Shown here one piece after another: positions 1-10,878 of a stretch of DNA of 64,000 bases. The notes below the pieces were generated by a model. That model saw only the letters and a program-made list of their open reading frames with translations, ran no database searches and was not told where the DNA came from. The translations under genes were made by a program, and so were the position numbers. The stretch lies in assembly GCA_052279835.1 (NCBI GenBank), contig CP181291.1:1728001-1792000 (forward strand). Reading direction: 5' to 3'. The DNA comes from Microcoleus sp. Its GTDB lineage: Bacteria; Cyanobacteriota; Cyanobacteriia; Cyanobacteriales; Microcoleaceae. Position 1 is the first letter of the stretch; each line of letters starts with the position of its first letter.

Positions 1-302
1 TTGCAACAATCTTTCTAAAACACGAGACATAAACCTAATTTTCGGTGGGTTATCCTGATATTAAATAGTCAAGTCGGCAAAAAACTTTCCGCCTTCACAA
101 AAAACTTAGAGCATATTCCATGTATATCTGGTACTGACAATCTGGCGACACCAGTAAGGTGCGTCGCCCTCCCTCAATCAGCAAGTTCTATCCTGGGAGC
201 TGGGGACGATGAACCTTACCAATTAGCTAAATTAAGACTGTACTTGATGAGCCTGGAATATGCTGTATAAAATCTTACCTTAATTTTAGCTCACTGAAAA
301 CA

Positions 303-719
303 ATGAAAGAAGACACCATGGAAATAATAGGTTTTCACGCACTTATTTAGTTCAACACTGATAGTCGTGATGTGGCGGCGCGTCTACGTGAAGGATTAAC
401 TCGGTTTGAGGTGCAGCTTGGGCGGTGCCATGACAAACCCATTGGTCCCCACCCCCAAGCAATGTATCAATTTGCTTTTTTACCGGCACAGTTTGGCCAA
501 GTCGTTCCTTGGTTAATGATCCATCGCGAAGGGCTAAATATTCTTGTCCATCCCGAAACAGGCGACGATGTGGCCGATCGCACCACACATTCTTTGTGGT
601 TGGGAGAAAAACTAGAGTTGAATGTCGAATTCCTGCGACAAGCGGAGCCTGGTTCCGCAATCAGGGACAATGCCGATATCAGCGACATCGAATTCCTACA
701 GATGGACTCTTGTGAGTAA
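303..719 (+). pseudogene. DOPA 4,5-dioxygenase family gene with premature stop
   Basis: ATG at 303 reads MKEDTMEIIGFHALI, then TAG at 348-350, then continues in frame into ORF 372-719 (GPHP, LVHPETGD, LWLGE motifs); the family HAH motif reads HAL. Confidence 0.75.
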
Positions 720-1660
720 ATATAATCATAGGCAGCTCGATCTTGAAGCATATTAGCCCGCAAAAATAGGGCGCTCCAAGTGGCGATCGTTTCAATCCCA
801 ACGGCTCGATCTAGTGTAGGAGTATGGGGATCGGGATTCGCACCGGCGGGGTTATTAACATTGGTAATGGCGAAGTGATTTGCACCCCTAACAGTAACCA
901 AAGCTTTGGGGGGTGTTTCAATCCGATCGAAGGTGCCTCGAGCTCTTTCTGGAAGGGCCACCCCATCGATATCGCCTTGAATCAAGGCGACGGCAATGCC
1001 ATCATTAGGAATGGCGATAAATTCATTAGTAATTGGATTCCGCAAGTTGGCTCCAAAAAATGCACCTGCTAAGAGTTCTTTGGGGCGGGTAAATGGCTCT
1101 CGACACAAAAGTAATTCTGTTAAACATTTGTCAGCGATGGTGGATAAGCCCACCGCGCCACCAAAAGAATGACCCAATAAACCCAGGCGCTGTGTATCGA
1201 CAACAGACGTAATTGGAGAGGTGGGATTGGTGTTTTCGATCGCCATTTGAGACAAAACGGCGGCAATTTGGGAAGTTTCTGATGCTAATTTAGGGGGTGA
1301 AGTGGGATTGAAGGGGGAAGGGCGAAAATGGTTGGGAACGACTACCACAAAGCCATACCGTGCGACGTGGCTAGCGTAATCTGAGTAAAACGATTTATCG
1401 ATCAGGGCTCCTTGCAATAAAAGTACGATGGGGAAAGAGTAATTGCGGGATTGCAAATCTGATGCTTTGGGATAGTAAATATCTGCTAAATCGTTATTAG
1501 CAGATATCGTGGTGGTGTAGCGCGAGGCTTCGTTAAATTGGGGCGAATATTCGAGGTTGGTGGCTGAGGTTTTGTCACCAATGGCATCAGCAAGTGCAGT
1601 AATTGCAGAGATGGTGGCTCTGGGTTTTACTGATAAAAAACGAGAGTTGATATTCAGCAT
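467..1660 (-). CDS. Alpha/beta hydrolase (chlorophyllase-like); C-terminus runs antisense into the dioxygenase pseudogene
   Basis: GHSFGG nucleophile elbow, GDIDG acid and GANHF His motifs. Confidence 0.75.
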   Translation of the reverse strand: MLNINSRFLSVKPRATISAITALADAIGDKTSATNLEYSPQFNEASRYTTTISANNDLADIYYPKASDLQSRNYSFPIVLLLQGALIDKSFYSDYASHVARYGFVVVVPNHFRPSPFNPTSPPKLASETSQIAAVLSQMAIENTNPTSPITSVVDTQRLGLLGHSFGGAVGLSTIADKCLTELLLCREPFTRPKELLAGAFFGANLRNPITNEFIAIPNDGIAVALIQGDIDGVALPERARGTFDRIETPPKALVTVRGANHFAITNVNNPAGANPDPHTPTLDRAVGIETIATWSALFLRANMLQDRAAYDYIYSQESICRNSMSLISALSLIAEPGSACRRNSTFNSSFSPNHKECVVRSATSSPVSGWTRIFSPSRWIINQGTTWPNCAGKKAN

Positions 1661-1731
1661 TAATTTTGGTTTGAGAGGGTCTAAATAGGCGATCGGGTAA
1701 AGCTCTATTCCGTACCACTAATGCTTCCACT

Positions 1732-2691
1732 TCAGCGAGATTTACGCCGCTCTATCTCCCGCTGCAACTCCTCAATCTGACGCCGCAGAGCCTCGGCTTC
1801 ACTGTTAGGTGTTTGAGATTTCACGTCAACAGCACCCTCAGATACCGCCCGCTTGTAGTTCCCCAACTTGATTTGGCGATATTCCTCGGAACTTGCCCAA
1901 TCTCGCAAATAGCGCAGACGTTCCACCGGAAACGGGTGACTGAGCATGGTGCCAGAGCCGCCGTTGTAGAGTAAAAATTTATACACTTGGTTGAGGTTGT
2001 CGCGATCGAGTTCTTGATAATTATCAGACTGACGGATAAATTCTTGCAAACTACATTCGCTAGCATATTTGCTACTAACTCCCGCCAGTTTCATCATTGT
2101 TTTCATCACACTATTCAAATCATCTGTGACTAACAATGCAGCCCTATCTGCCGATAATTCCGCTTTGCGCCGCCACTCATAAAAAGCATAAATCAAACCG
2201 CTACTGACCATATTTCCCAAGCCGAAAGTCATCTCCCCAATCGTCGAAGCAACGCTCATTGCCCACATCGCCATTTGATTTAAAGTGGGATGACCGCATT
2301 TAATGTGTCCCAACTCATGAGCCAATACCACCTTAATTTCTGCCTCATCTAATAAATCCAAAAGACCAGTATTTAATACTACATAGGGCTGGTTTTTTCC
2401 CAGGGCATAGCTATTGACTGAGGGATTTTGAGAAACAAACAAACCCGGTTCTGGAAAAACATCTAAATCCTGCAAACATTCCCGAAAAATGTGATAGATG
2501 CTGGCATATTGGCGCGGCCCGACTTGAATGCTATTTCCCATCAGGTAAACAAATTGGGGTCGTTCGTAGACAAACTCTACAAATTTGTTAGCAATTAAGT
2601 CAAATCCAGGTACGCTGCGCAATGCTGCTTCGGCTTGGCGATCGAGGGGGTGCTGAAAAGCTTCGCTAGAAATTCCAGTATAAGTAGGCAT
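1732..2691 (-). CDS. M48 family Zn metallopeptidase
   Basis: HELGH zinc motif, ELSADR, SHP motif. Confidence 0.9.
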   Translation of the reverse strand: MPTYTGISSEAFQHPLDRQAEAALRSVPGFDLIANKFVEFVYERPQFVYLMGNSIQVGPRQYASIYHIFRECLQDLDVFPEPGLFVSQNPSVNSYALGKNQPYVVLNTGLLDLLDEAEIKVVLAHELGHIKCGHPTLNQMAMWAMSVASTIGEMTFGLGNMVSSGLIYAFYEWRRKAELSADRAALLVTDDLNSVMKTMMKLAGVSSKYASECSLQEFIRQSDNYQELDRDNLNQVYKFLLYNGGSGTMLSHPFPVERLRYLRDWASSEEYRQIKLGNYKRAVSEGAVDVKSQTPNSEAEALRRQIEELQREIERRKSR

Positions 2692-2909
2692 AGTTGTTGC
2701 AAAAGTTACATTTAAGATATCAGTGTTGCCGATCGCACCAGTTGCTAGCAGGCATCTGACTTATTAATCTTATCGCGACAAATGGGGAACTATTCTAGAA
2801 CAGGCCGGAGAGGCCTGTTCAAATTAACGTTAAAATATGATTCTCATACAAGTGCGATCGACAAACATCTTTCGATGTGTCTGTTAATCAAAAATTAAAA
2901 CCTAAAAAA

Positions 2910-3461
2910 ATGGCTATCCTGCGACTCGAAGACGGTACAACCTACACTCAACTGAGCGATATTACCCGCGAACTCGCTCCCTTGAACATTCAACTCAACA
3001 GTTGGCCCGTGGGAGACAACCCAGAAATTCGGGAATTGTTAGCCAAAGATGCTCTAGACGACAATCAAAAAGAACAAGTGCTGCAAGCTTTAGACGGCTA
3101 CTTTGAACAACTGAAAGAAACCGCAGGCTATCAGTCGCGAGACTTGATTGTACTGCACCCAGAGATTCCCAACCTCGACACTCTGCTCTCTAAATTCGAC
3201 AAGTGCCACATTCACGCTGATGATGAAGTGCGCTATATCGTAGCAGGAGAGGGAATTTTCGGTTTTGTGCGTCCCGACGGTAGCCAAGTGGAAGTGACTG
3301 TGCAGCCTGAAGAATTTATCAACGTGCCGGCGAATACAGAACATTGGTTTTATTTGACAGCAGCCCGGAAGGTGAAAGCTGTGCGATATTTTACCACTAC
3401 GACTGGTTGGACACCGGAATATACGGATACGGAAATTCGATCGCGCTTAGCTACTGTTTGA
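2910..3461 (+). CDS. mtnD: Acireductone dioxygenase (cupin, methionine salvage)
   Basis: HIHADDEVRY and HWF metal motifs; ATG at 2910. Confidence 0.85.
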   Translation: MAILRLEDGTTYTQLSDITRELAPLNIQLNSWPVGDNPEIRELLAKDALDDNQKEQVLQALDGYFEQLKETAGYQSRDLIVLHPEIPNLDTLLSKFDKCHIHADDEVRYIVAGEGIFGFVRPDGSQVEVTVQPEEFINVPANTEHWFYLTAARKVKAVRYFTTTTGWTPEYTDTEIRSRLATV

Positions 3462-3480
3462 ACAGAATTGAGAGTTGACA

Positions 3481-3752
3481 ATTGATATCCTTTTCGGTTG
3501 CATTGTCAGGTGATTGAACCACAGAGAACGCAGAGAACACAGAGGGAGATAAGAGAGATGAATACAGGACGATGAAGAAAGGATGTCAAAAAAATAAAAA
3601 TTGCTAGATTTTTCGTTGCTTTTGGACTTGAAAAAGCCGAGTTATATAAAATCCTGTCTTCATCGTCCTGTATTAAACTCTCTCTTCTCCTCCTTAGCGT
3701 ACTTCGCGCCTTCGCGGTTAAATCACCTGACGATACAACCAGAATTGATATT
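3481..3752. repeat. MITE-like inverted-repeat element containing 9-mer (CGCAGAGAA/CGCGAAGG-type) repeats
   Basis: GGTTGCATTGTCAGGTGATT near 3496 is the imperfect inverse of AATCACCTGACGATACAACC near 3721; AATACAGGACGATGAAGA is also inverted internally; related copies at 22250-22385 and 63365-63473. Confidence 0.6.
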
Positions 3753-3776
3753 ATCTAAAAATTCTCAAATCCCACC

Positions 3777-5393
3777 TCAAACTTGGTGATTTCCCCGCAA
3801 AATACTCAAAGCAACCGCCTCAGCAACCTTAATTCCATCAATCCCCGCAGACAAAATTCCACCTGCATATCCCGCACCTTCCCCAGCCGGATAAAGGCCT
3901 TCAGTATTCAAACTCTGATAATCTTCCTTGCGTTTAATCCGAATCGGCGAAGAAGTGCGGGTTTCTACTCCAGTCAAGACGGCATCATCCATCGCAAATC
4001 CTTTAATTTGTTTGTCAAAAGCTGGAAGTGCTTCGCGGATAGCGGCGATCGCATAATCTGGTAAACTTCCACTCAAATCAGTCAAATGAACTCCAGGCGT
4101 ATAAGAAGGGTGAACAGCGCCTAACACTGTCGAAGGTCGATTCGCCAAAAAATCCCCCACAAGCTGTCCTGGGGCATTGTAAGTGCCACCTCCTAACTCA
4201 AATGCCCGCTCTTCTAGGCGACGTTGAAACTCAATTCCCGCCAAAGGATGACCGGGATAATCAGACGGTGTAATCCCCACTACAATCCCACTATTGGCAT
4301 TACGTTCATTGCGGGAATATTGACTCATCCCATTAGTGACAAGTCGCCCTGGTTCAGAGGCTGCGGCCACCACCAATCCACCGGGACACATACAGAAGCT
4401 ATAGACTGAACGACCATTTTGGCAATGGTGAACCAGTTTGTAGTCGGCGGCACCCAAAAGTTTATGGCCGGCGCGATCGCCAAAACGACAGCGATCGATA
4501 ATAGTTTGGGGATGTTCCACCCGAAAACCAATGGAAAATGGTTTTGCTTCGATGTAAACCCCACGGGAAAACAACATTTCAAAAGTATCGCGGGCGCTAT
4601 GTCCCACCGCCAGAACTATATAATTACTAGCAATATATTCTCCATTTGCAAGGGTAAGTCCCTGGACTTTGCCATTTTCGATGTGAATATCTGTCACACG
4701 AGTTTGAAACCGAATTTCACCGCCTAAAGATTCTATTTTGGCACGGATACTTTGGACAATTCCCACCAGTTTAAAAGTACCGATATGGGGTTTATTGATG
4801 TATAAAATTTCTGGTGAAGCTCCCGCATTCACAAGTTCTGTCAACACCTTGCGTCCATAATGTTGGGGATCTTTAACTTGGCTGTAGAGTTTGCCATCGG
4901 AAAAAGTACCCGCGCCTCCTTCCCCAAACTGGGCGTTAGATTCTGGGTTGAATTCGGTTTTTTTCTTCCAAAATCCAAAGGTATCAACGGTGCGATCGCG
5001 CACTGCTTTACCACGTTCTAACAGGATAGGGCGAAACCCCATTTGTGCTAGCATCAGCCCTGCAAACATCCCGCAAGGCCCTGTACCAATCACAATGGGG
5101 CGAATCGTCAAATTTTTGGGAGCTTGGGCTACATAGCGATAACTCATGTCTGGCGTTACCATCACATGAGGGTCTTTTTTGAGGCGCTCCAAAATTTGTG
5201 TTTCCTGTGTCGTTTCCACATCGACAATATAGACAAGCAGGATTTCTGGTTTTTTACGAGCATCGTAGCTGCGTTTGAAGATGGAATAGCCGAGCAATTC
5301 TTCGGGGGGAATTTGCAGCTTTTTGAGAATGCTGTCGGCGATCGCATCTACGGGATGATCGAGGGGGAGTTTTATTTCAGTTATTCTTAACAT
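3777..5393 (-). CDS. NAD(P)/FAD-dependent oxidoreductase
   Basis: GTGPCG Rossmann motif, GEGGAGTFSDGKL, GEGAGYAGGI. Confidence 0.9.
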   Translation of the reverse strand: MLRITEIKLPLDHPVDAIADSILKKLQIPPEELLGYSIFKRSYDARKKPEILLVYIVDVETTQETQILERLKKDPHVMVTPDMSYRYVAQAPKNLTIRPIVIGTGPCGMFAGLMLAQMGFRPILLERGKAVRDRTVDTFGFWKKKTEFNPESNAQFGEGGAGTFSDGKLYSQVKDPQHYGRKVLTELVNAGASPEILYINKPHIGTFKLVGIVQSIRAKIESLGGEIRFQTRVTDIHIENGKVQGLTLANGEYIASNYIVLAVGHSARDTFEMLFSRGVYIEAKPFSIGFRVEHPQTIIDRCRFGDRAGHKLLGAADYKLVHHCQNGRSVYSFCMCPGGLVVAAASEPGRLVTNGMSQYSRNERNANSGIVVGITPSDYPGHPLAGIEFQRRLEERAFELGGGTYNAPGQLVGDFLANRPSTVLGAVHPSYTPGVHLTDLSGSLPDYAIAAIREALPAFDKQIKGFAMDDAVLTGVETRTSSPIRIKRKEDYQSLNTEGLYPAGEGAGYAGGILSAGIDGIKVAEAVALSILRGNHQV

Positions 5394-5400
5394 ATAGCGG

Positions 5401-5815
5401 CAGGAAGAAGGAATAATTCACCCCCCCCTAGCCCCCCCCAAGGGGGGAAATTCAGGAAGAAGGAATCAGGAACAAGCAAACAGGAAGAAGGAATATTTCA
5501 CCCCCCTAGCCCCCCCAAGGGGGGAAATTCAGGAAGAAGGAACAAGCAAACAGGAAGAAGGAATATTTCACCCCCCCTAGCCCTCCCAAGGGGGGAAATT
5601 CAGGAAGAAGGAACAAGCAAACAGGAAGAAGGAATAATTCACCCCCCCCTAGCCCCCCCAAGGGGGGAAATTCAGGAAGAAGGAATCAGGAACAAGCAAA
5701 CAGGAAGAAGGAATATTTCACCCCCCCCCTGCCCTCCCAAGGGGGGAAATTCAGGAAGAAGGAATCAGGAACAAGCAAACAGGAAAAAGGAATAATTCAC
5801 CACCTCAAGGGATGG
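5401..5815. repeat. Tandem array of ~70-80 bp units with a Cn-TAG-Cn-AA-Gn core and CAGGAAG/AAGGAAT heptamers
   Basis: Five cores near 5421, 5501, 5571, 5642 and 5721 plus a degenerate sixth; linkers near-identical. Confidence 0.9.
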
Positions 5816-5889
5816 GATTAGCTACTTGGAGCTTCGGTGTGGTCATGACCAAATCTACCAGCTTAACCCAAATTTCGCATCTTTCTGCT

Positions 5890-6495
5890 TTACCAAGAGC
5901 AGCCTCGCGCATCAGAAAAATCAGCATTAAGCATGGCATAATCGTCAAATATAGCATCAGTTACATCCGCATTTCTAAACGAAGTCACCGACAACTTTTC
6001 TATCTCTTCAACAGCAATAAAAAAACCGATCGCAGTTAAGCCAAGGATCACTCCAGAAACCAAAACTAACACAATTCCCCTAATCGCATCCCCCCCAAAA
6101 AAAGTTACAATACCACTAGCGCCGATCGCAGCAGCAGCCCCAGCCACCGCCCCAGCCACAATACCAGCCTCAGCCCTAGTCGCAGCAATCGCAGTCGCCG
6201 CCACCGCCGCCACCGCCGCCGCCCCCGCATCCGCACCCCGAATCAATCCCATCAAAGCCCCCGCCAGCGTCACCGTCACCGCAGTCACCCCAGCCCTAGC
6301 AATCAAAGTTCTCACCCGTCTGCGGCTTTGTCCCATTCTGGCACCCTGAAAATTTGCCCCCCTCAACATCGCCCCAGTGAAATTGCAGCCTCGAATATCG
6401 GAACCACTGAAATTAGCCCCTGACAAATCCATGCCTTTAAAAGAGCGATTTCGTAAATTTTGGTGAGAAAAATTGAGATTTCCAGGTTCAATCAT
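5890..6495 (-). CDS. Pentapeptide-repeat protein with a central hydrophobic Ala/Gly-rich segment
   Basis: A(D/N)(F/L)xx repeats at both ends; ATG at 6495 chosen as the start. Confidence 0.75.
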   Translation of the reverse strand: MIEPGNLNFSHQNLRNRSFKGMDLSGANFSGSDIRGCNFTGAMLRGANFQGARMGQSRRRVRTLIARAGVTAVTVTLAGALMGLIRGADAGAAAVAAVAATAIAATRAEAGIVAGAVAGAAAAIGASGIVTFFGGDAIRGIVLVLVSGVILGLTAIGFFIAVEEIEKLSVTSFRNADVTDAIFDDYAMLNADFSDARGCSW

Positions 6496-6601
6496 AGAAA
6501 TTATATATTTAATATTTTTGATTTTAGATGAGAAAATTGAGATTTGAGAATAACAAACCAAAGCCATTTAAAATAAATCCTGTGGTTTATATCGAAATTC
6601 C

Positions 6602-9238
6602 ATGTCTGTCATCTCCGAATCTCCATTTTCCCCCGAAGAAATAGCCTCCGAAGGCATTAAGCCCGAAGAATACGAAGACATTGTACGGCGTCTCAACCGC
6701 CACCCCAACAAAGCAGAATTGGGAATGTTCGGCGTCATGTGGAGCGAACACTGCTGTTACAAAAACTCGCGGCCGCTATTAAAACAGTTTCCCACAGAAG
6801 GCGATCGCATCCTCGTCGGGCCCGGAGAAAATGCCGGCGTTGTAGACTTGGGAAACGGATTGCAATTAGCATTTAAAATAGAATCCCACAATCACCCATC
6901 AGCAGTCGAACCATTCCAAGGTGCCGCAACGGGAGTCGGAGGAATTCTCCGCGACATCTTCACAATGGGTGCACGCCCCATCGCCCTTTTAAATTCCCTG
7001 CGTTTTGGCAACCTAGACGATAGCAAAACTCAGAGGTTATTCAAAGGCGTAGTATCGGGAATTTCCCATTACGGAAATTGCATCGGCGTACCCACAGTAG
7101 GTGGCGAAGTTTACTTCGATGCCGCCTATTCCGGCAACCCATTAGTTAACGTCATGGCCTTGGGTTTAATGGAAACCCAAGAAATAGTTAAATCCGGTGC
7201 ATCTGGAATCGGAAATCCCGTACTTTATGTCGGTTCGACTACCGGGCGAGATGGCATGGGCGGTGCCAGTTTTGCCAGTGCAGAATTGACCGACAAATCC
7301 ATGGACGATCGCCCCGCCGTGCAAGTAGGAGATCCGTTCTTAGAAAAATCCTTAATTGAAGCTTGTTTAGCAGCCTTCAAAACCGGTGCAGTCGTCGCCG
7401 CCCAAGACATGGGTGCAGCCGGCATCACTTGTTCCACATCAGAAATGGCCGCCAAAGGTGGAGTGGGAATTGAATTCGATCTAGACAAAGTTCCCGTTAG
7501 AGAAAGTGGCATGGTTCCCTACGAATACCTGCTTTCCGAATCCCAGGAACGGATGTTATTTGTGGCCGAAAAGGGACGGGAACAGGAATTAATCGATATT
7601 TTTCACCGCTGGGGATTGCACGCCGTCGTTGCGGGTACAGTCATTGAAGAGCCGATCGTCCGCATTCTATTTAAAGGCGAAATTGCAGCAGAAATAACGG
7701 CAACTGCGTTAGCAGATAATACGCCAATTTATCACCGAGAATTGTTGACACAACCGCCAGAATATGCTATGAAAGCTTGGGAATGGACGGCGGATTCCTT
7801 GCCAGAATGTACGCTGGCCGGCATTGAAATAGATGGAAATTTGCAAAATTGGAATCAGATTTTGCTCAAACTTTTAGATACTCCCACTATCGCTTCTAAA
7901 CGCTGGGTTTATCGTCAATACGACCATCAAGTGCAAAATAATACTGTTATTTTGCCCGGTGGTGCTGATGCTGCGGTTGTCAGATTGCGGCCGCTGGAAC
8001 CCTGTCAAGAAAAACCCCCCCAACCCCCCCTTAGTAAGGGGGGGCTTCAAGAGGAAGAACCTGCCCTTACTAAGGGGCAAGAAGAACCCCCCCAACCCGC
8101 CCTTAGTAAGGGGGGGCTTCAAGAGGAAGAACCTGCCCTTACTAAAACGACGCTTCAAGAGGAAGCAGAGGCTATTCCCTTATTTAAGAAGGCACAAGGT
8201 AGAGAAACTCCCGAACTTTCTCCCCCCCTTACCAAGGGGGGGCCGGGGGGGGTTATTCCCGGAGTGGCGGCCACCGTTGATTGCAATTCTCGCTATGTTT
8301 ATCTCGATCCTTACGAAGGTGCAAAAGCCGTGGTAGCCGAAGCTGCCCGAAACTTAAGTTGTGTGGGTGCGGAACCGATTGCAGTTACAGATAATCTGAA
8401 TTTTGGCAGTCCCGAAAAACCCATTGGATATTGGCAGTTAGCATCAGCTTGTCGCGGGATTGCAGATGCTTGTCGGGAGTTGAAAACACCTGTGACTGGT
8501 GGGAACGTTTCTCTTTACAATGAAACTATCGATTCTGATGGCAATCCTCAACCCATTTATCCAACTCCGGTAATTGGAATGGTGGGATTGATTGCTGATT
8601 TGACGAAGATTTGCGGTCAAGGTTGGCAAAATAAAGACGATTTAATTTATGTGTTGGGGATTGGAAAATCCGACGATGCTATTACCATGAATTCCACTGA
8701 AAATTCGTCATCTGAAAATTCAGAAATTGCCACTTCTCCTACTTTGGGAGGGTCGGAATATTTGGCAGCCATTCACGGAATTATTGCCGGAAAACCGCCA
8801 AAAATTAATTTTGAGTTAGAAAGGAAAGTGCAAGCAGTTTGTCGCGATGGAATTCGGCAAGGTTGGGTATGTTCTGCCCATGATTGTGCGGAGGGTGGAA
8901 TTGCGATCGCCCTCGCAGAATCCTGTATCTCTGGTAAACTGGGTGCAGAGGTTCATCTAGGTGGGAATTCGGCAAGTGTTAGCCGTTGGGATGAGGTTTT
9001 GTTTGGTGAAATGGGCAATTGCATTGTTGTTTCTGTCGCCCCCAAAAATCAAGGTATTTGGGAAGCTTATCTGGAAGAATATTTGCCGAAAATGTGGCAA
9101 AAAATCGGTGTGGTTGGGGGTGCTAACTCGCCTTTGCGGGTGGTGAGTGCGGATAATCTAGGGTTGATTGAGGTGGGGATGGGTGATATGGGCGATCGAT
9201 TCTATAATGCGATCGAGCGTCGAATTGGCTCTGTTTGA
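6602..9238 (+). CDS. purL: Phosphoribosylformylglycinamidine synthase subunit PurL, with a repeat-derived insertion
   Basis: [36 protein letters not shown]. Confidence 0.97.
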   Translation: MSVISESPFSPEEIASEGIKPEEYEDIVRRLNRHPNKAELGMFGVMWSEHCCYKNSRPLLKQFPTEGDRILVGPGENAGVVDLGNGLQLAFKIESHNHPSAVEPFQGAATGVGGILRDIFTMGARPIALLNSLRFGNLDDSKTQRLFKGVVSGISHYGNCIGVPTVGGEVYFDAAYSGNPLVNVMALGLMETQEIVKSGASGIGNPVLYVGSTTGRDGMGGASFASAELTDKSMDDRPAVQVGDPFLEKSLIEACLAAFKTGAVVAAQDMGAAGITCSTSEMAAKGGVGIEFDLDKVPVRESGMVPYEYLLSESQERMLFVAEKGREQELIDIFHRWGLHAVVAGTVIEEPIVRILFKGEIAAEITATALADNTPIYHRELLTQPPEYAMKAWEWTADSLPECTLAGIEIDGNLQNWNQILLKLLDTPTIASKRWVYRQYDHQVQNNTVILPGGADAAVVRLRPLEPCQEKPPQPPLSKGGLQEEEPALTKGQEEPPQPALSKGGLQEEEPALTKTTLQEEAEAIPLFKKAQGRETPELSPPLTKGGPGGVIPGVAATVDCNSRYVYLDPYEGAKAVVAEAARNLSCVGAEPIAVTDNLNFGSPEKPIGYWQLASACRGIADACRELKTPVTGGNVSLYNETIDSDGNPQPIYPTPVIGMVGLIADLTKICGQGWQNKDDLIYVLGIGKSDDAITMNSTENSSSENSEIATSPTLGGSEYLAAIHGIIAGKPPKINFELERKVQAVCRDGIRQGWVCSAHDCAEGGIAIALAESCISGKLGAEVHLGGNSASVSRWDEVLFGEMGNCIVVSVAPKNQGIWEAYLEEYLPKMWQKIGVVGGANSPLRVVSADNLGLIEVGMGDMGDRFYNAIERRIGSV
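8006..8255 (+). repeat. In-frame C/G-tract repeat insertion in purL (72-bp duplication plus a third, reversed core)
   Basis: [10 protein letters not shown] / [10 protein letters not shown] / [10 protein letters not shown] peptides; duplicated units start at 8006 and 8078. Confidence 0.85.
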
Positions 9239-9340
9239 TAACGTGAAGTTTCGATCCCCCTAAATCCCCCTTAAAAAGGGGGACTTTGAAACCGCGTTTA
9301 CACGAAACTTTACCCGCCAGAATTCTCATTTTTTAGACCC

Positions 9341-9448
9341 GGCGGTTGAAACCGCGTCTACACAGACGAAACCCACTCCAAGCGGGTTGAATTTCTTCAG
9401 TCTCGCGTTGCGTGGACTTTGTTTGTAGAGTAGCGGTTTCAACCCCCG
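9341..9448. repeat. Palindromic intergenic repeat (REP/MITE-like)
   Basis: GGTTGAAACCGC...GCGGTTTCAACC inverted ends; related half at 37411-37458; a C/G-tract core also lies at 9256-9284. Confidence 0.65.
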
Positions 9449-9598
9449 ACTGACTTGGCGGTTACTATACCTGAGAATGAAACCGCCCTGTCCCCATGCC
9501 CCGTCAGGACCAACAGATGAATTTTTTGTCAAAAAGGGCGATCGCGCAATGGTAAGCTACCAAAGGCATTAAAATACCTAAATCCGAGAAAAATTAAG

Positions 9599-10663
9599 AT
9601 GTCAGCATTAAATGAAGTTCCCTTGCTGTTGCGGGCAGCCCGTGGTGAAACCCTAGAACGCCCTCCCGTCTGGATGATGCGCCAAGCCGGCCGCTACATG
9701 AAAGCCTATCGAGATTTGCGAGAAAAGTACCCATCCTTTCGCGAACGTTCCGAAATTCCCGAAGTTGCCATCGAAGTTTCTCTCCAGCCGTGGCGCGCAT
9801 TTCAACCCGACGGCGTAATTCTGTTCTCCGACATTGTGACACCTATGCCCGGTTTGGGCATCGATATGGATATCGCCGAAGGTAAAGGCCCGATTATCCA
9901 CTCACCAATCCGCACTCAGCAGCAAATCGACGCACTGCAACCCCTCAATCCAGAAGAAAGCTTGCCTTTCATCAAAACTATCCTCAAATCCCTGCGCGCA
10001 GAAGTCGGCAACAAATCCACCGTACTCGGCTTTGTCGGCGCGCCCTGGACTCTGGCCGCCTACGCCGTTGAGGGCAAAGGTTCCAAGGATTATGCGATTA
10101 TCAAAAACATGGCATTTTCCGATCCAACTTTACTACATCAGTTGCTGTCAAAGTTTGCAGATGCGATCGCCGTTTACGTGCGCTATCAAATCGACTGTGG
10201 AGCCCAAGTAGTGCAGATGTTCGACTCCTGGGCTGGCCAACTTTCCCCCCAAGACTACGATACTTTTGCTCTACCTTACCAAAAACAAGTATTCCAACAA
10301 GTCAAAAAAACCCATCCCGACACGCCACTCATTCTGTTAGTCACTGGAAGTGCAGGCATTCTCGAACGTATGGCAACATCCGGTGCCGATATTGTTAGCG
10401 TCGATTGGACTGTGGATATGGCCGATGCGCGCCGACGTTTGGGCCCCAACATGAACGTTCAGGGCAATTTAGATCCCGGTGTCTTGTTTGGCTCTCAACC
10501 GTTTATTCGCGATCGTATTCTTGATACCATTCGTAAAGCAGGCCCGCGCGGGCACATCCTGAATTTGGGACACGGCGTATTGCCAGGAACACCGGAAGAC
10601 AACGTGCGTTTCTTCTTTGAAACCGCCAAACAAGCCGACAAATTGCTTGCAGTTACTGCTTGA
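9599..10663 (+). CDS. hemE: Uroporphyrinogen decarboxylase
   Basis: [22 protein letters not shown]. Confidence 0.97.
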   Translation: MSALNEVPLLLRAARGETLERPPVWMMRQAGRYMKAYRDLREKYPSFRERSEIPEVAIEVSLQPWRAFQPDGVILFSDIVTPMPGLGIDMDIAEGKGPIIHSPIRTQQQIDALQPLNPEESLPFIKTILKSLRAEVGNKSTVLGFVGAPWTLAAYAVEGKGSKDYAIIKNMAFSDPTLLHQLLSKFADAIAVYVRYQIDCGAQVVQMFDSWAGQLSPQDYDTFALPYQKQVFQQVKKTHPDTPLILLVTGSAGILERMATSGADIVSVDWTVDMADARRRLGPNMNVQGNLDPGVLFGSQPFIRDRILDTIRKAGPRGHILNLGHGVLPGTPEDNVRFFFETAKQADKLLAVTA

Positions 10664-10708
10664 ACTTGACAGGAATTAAAACCCAAAAAACCCTTGATTT
10701 ACCATACT

Positions 10709-10819
10709 GGTTCCCCGGCTCGGCCTGGGAACCGATGTCCAGAGGCTCTGCCTCATTTGCTAGCAGAAAAATTGGAGGCAGAGCCTCCGGATCTGCGTTA
10801 CCAGGCTAGAGCCTGGTAA
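10709..10819. repeat. Triple-hairpin REP-like element
   Basis: GGTTCCC..GGGAACC, GAGGCTCTGCCTC..GAGGCAGAGCCTC and TTACCAGGCT-AG-AGCCTGGTAA. Confidence 0.7.
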
Positions 10820-10878
10820 TTAGGAATAAATGCAAAACCCAATTCTCCCCCTTGCCCTCTCCCTTTCCCCTTCTGCAA

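Noticed and set aside
5401..5815. Possible CRISPR array
   Set aside because: Linkers between cores are near-identical heptamer runs rather than unique spacers, and there are no cas genes in the window.
8001..8260. Possible intein in PurL (insert begins near a Cys)
   Set aside because: No terminal His-Asn plus Cys/Ser/Thr or other splicing motifs; the insert is explained by DNA repeats.
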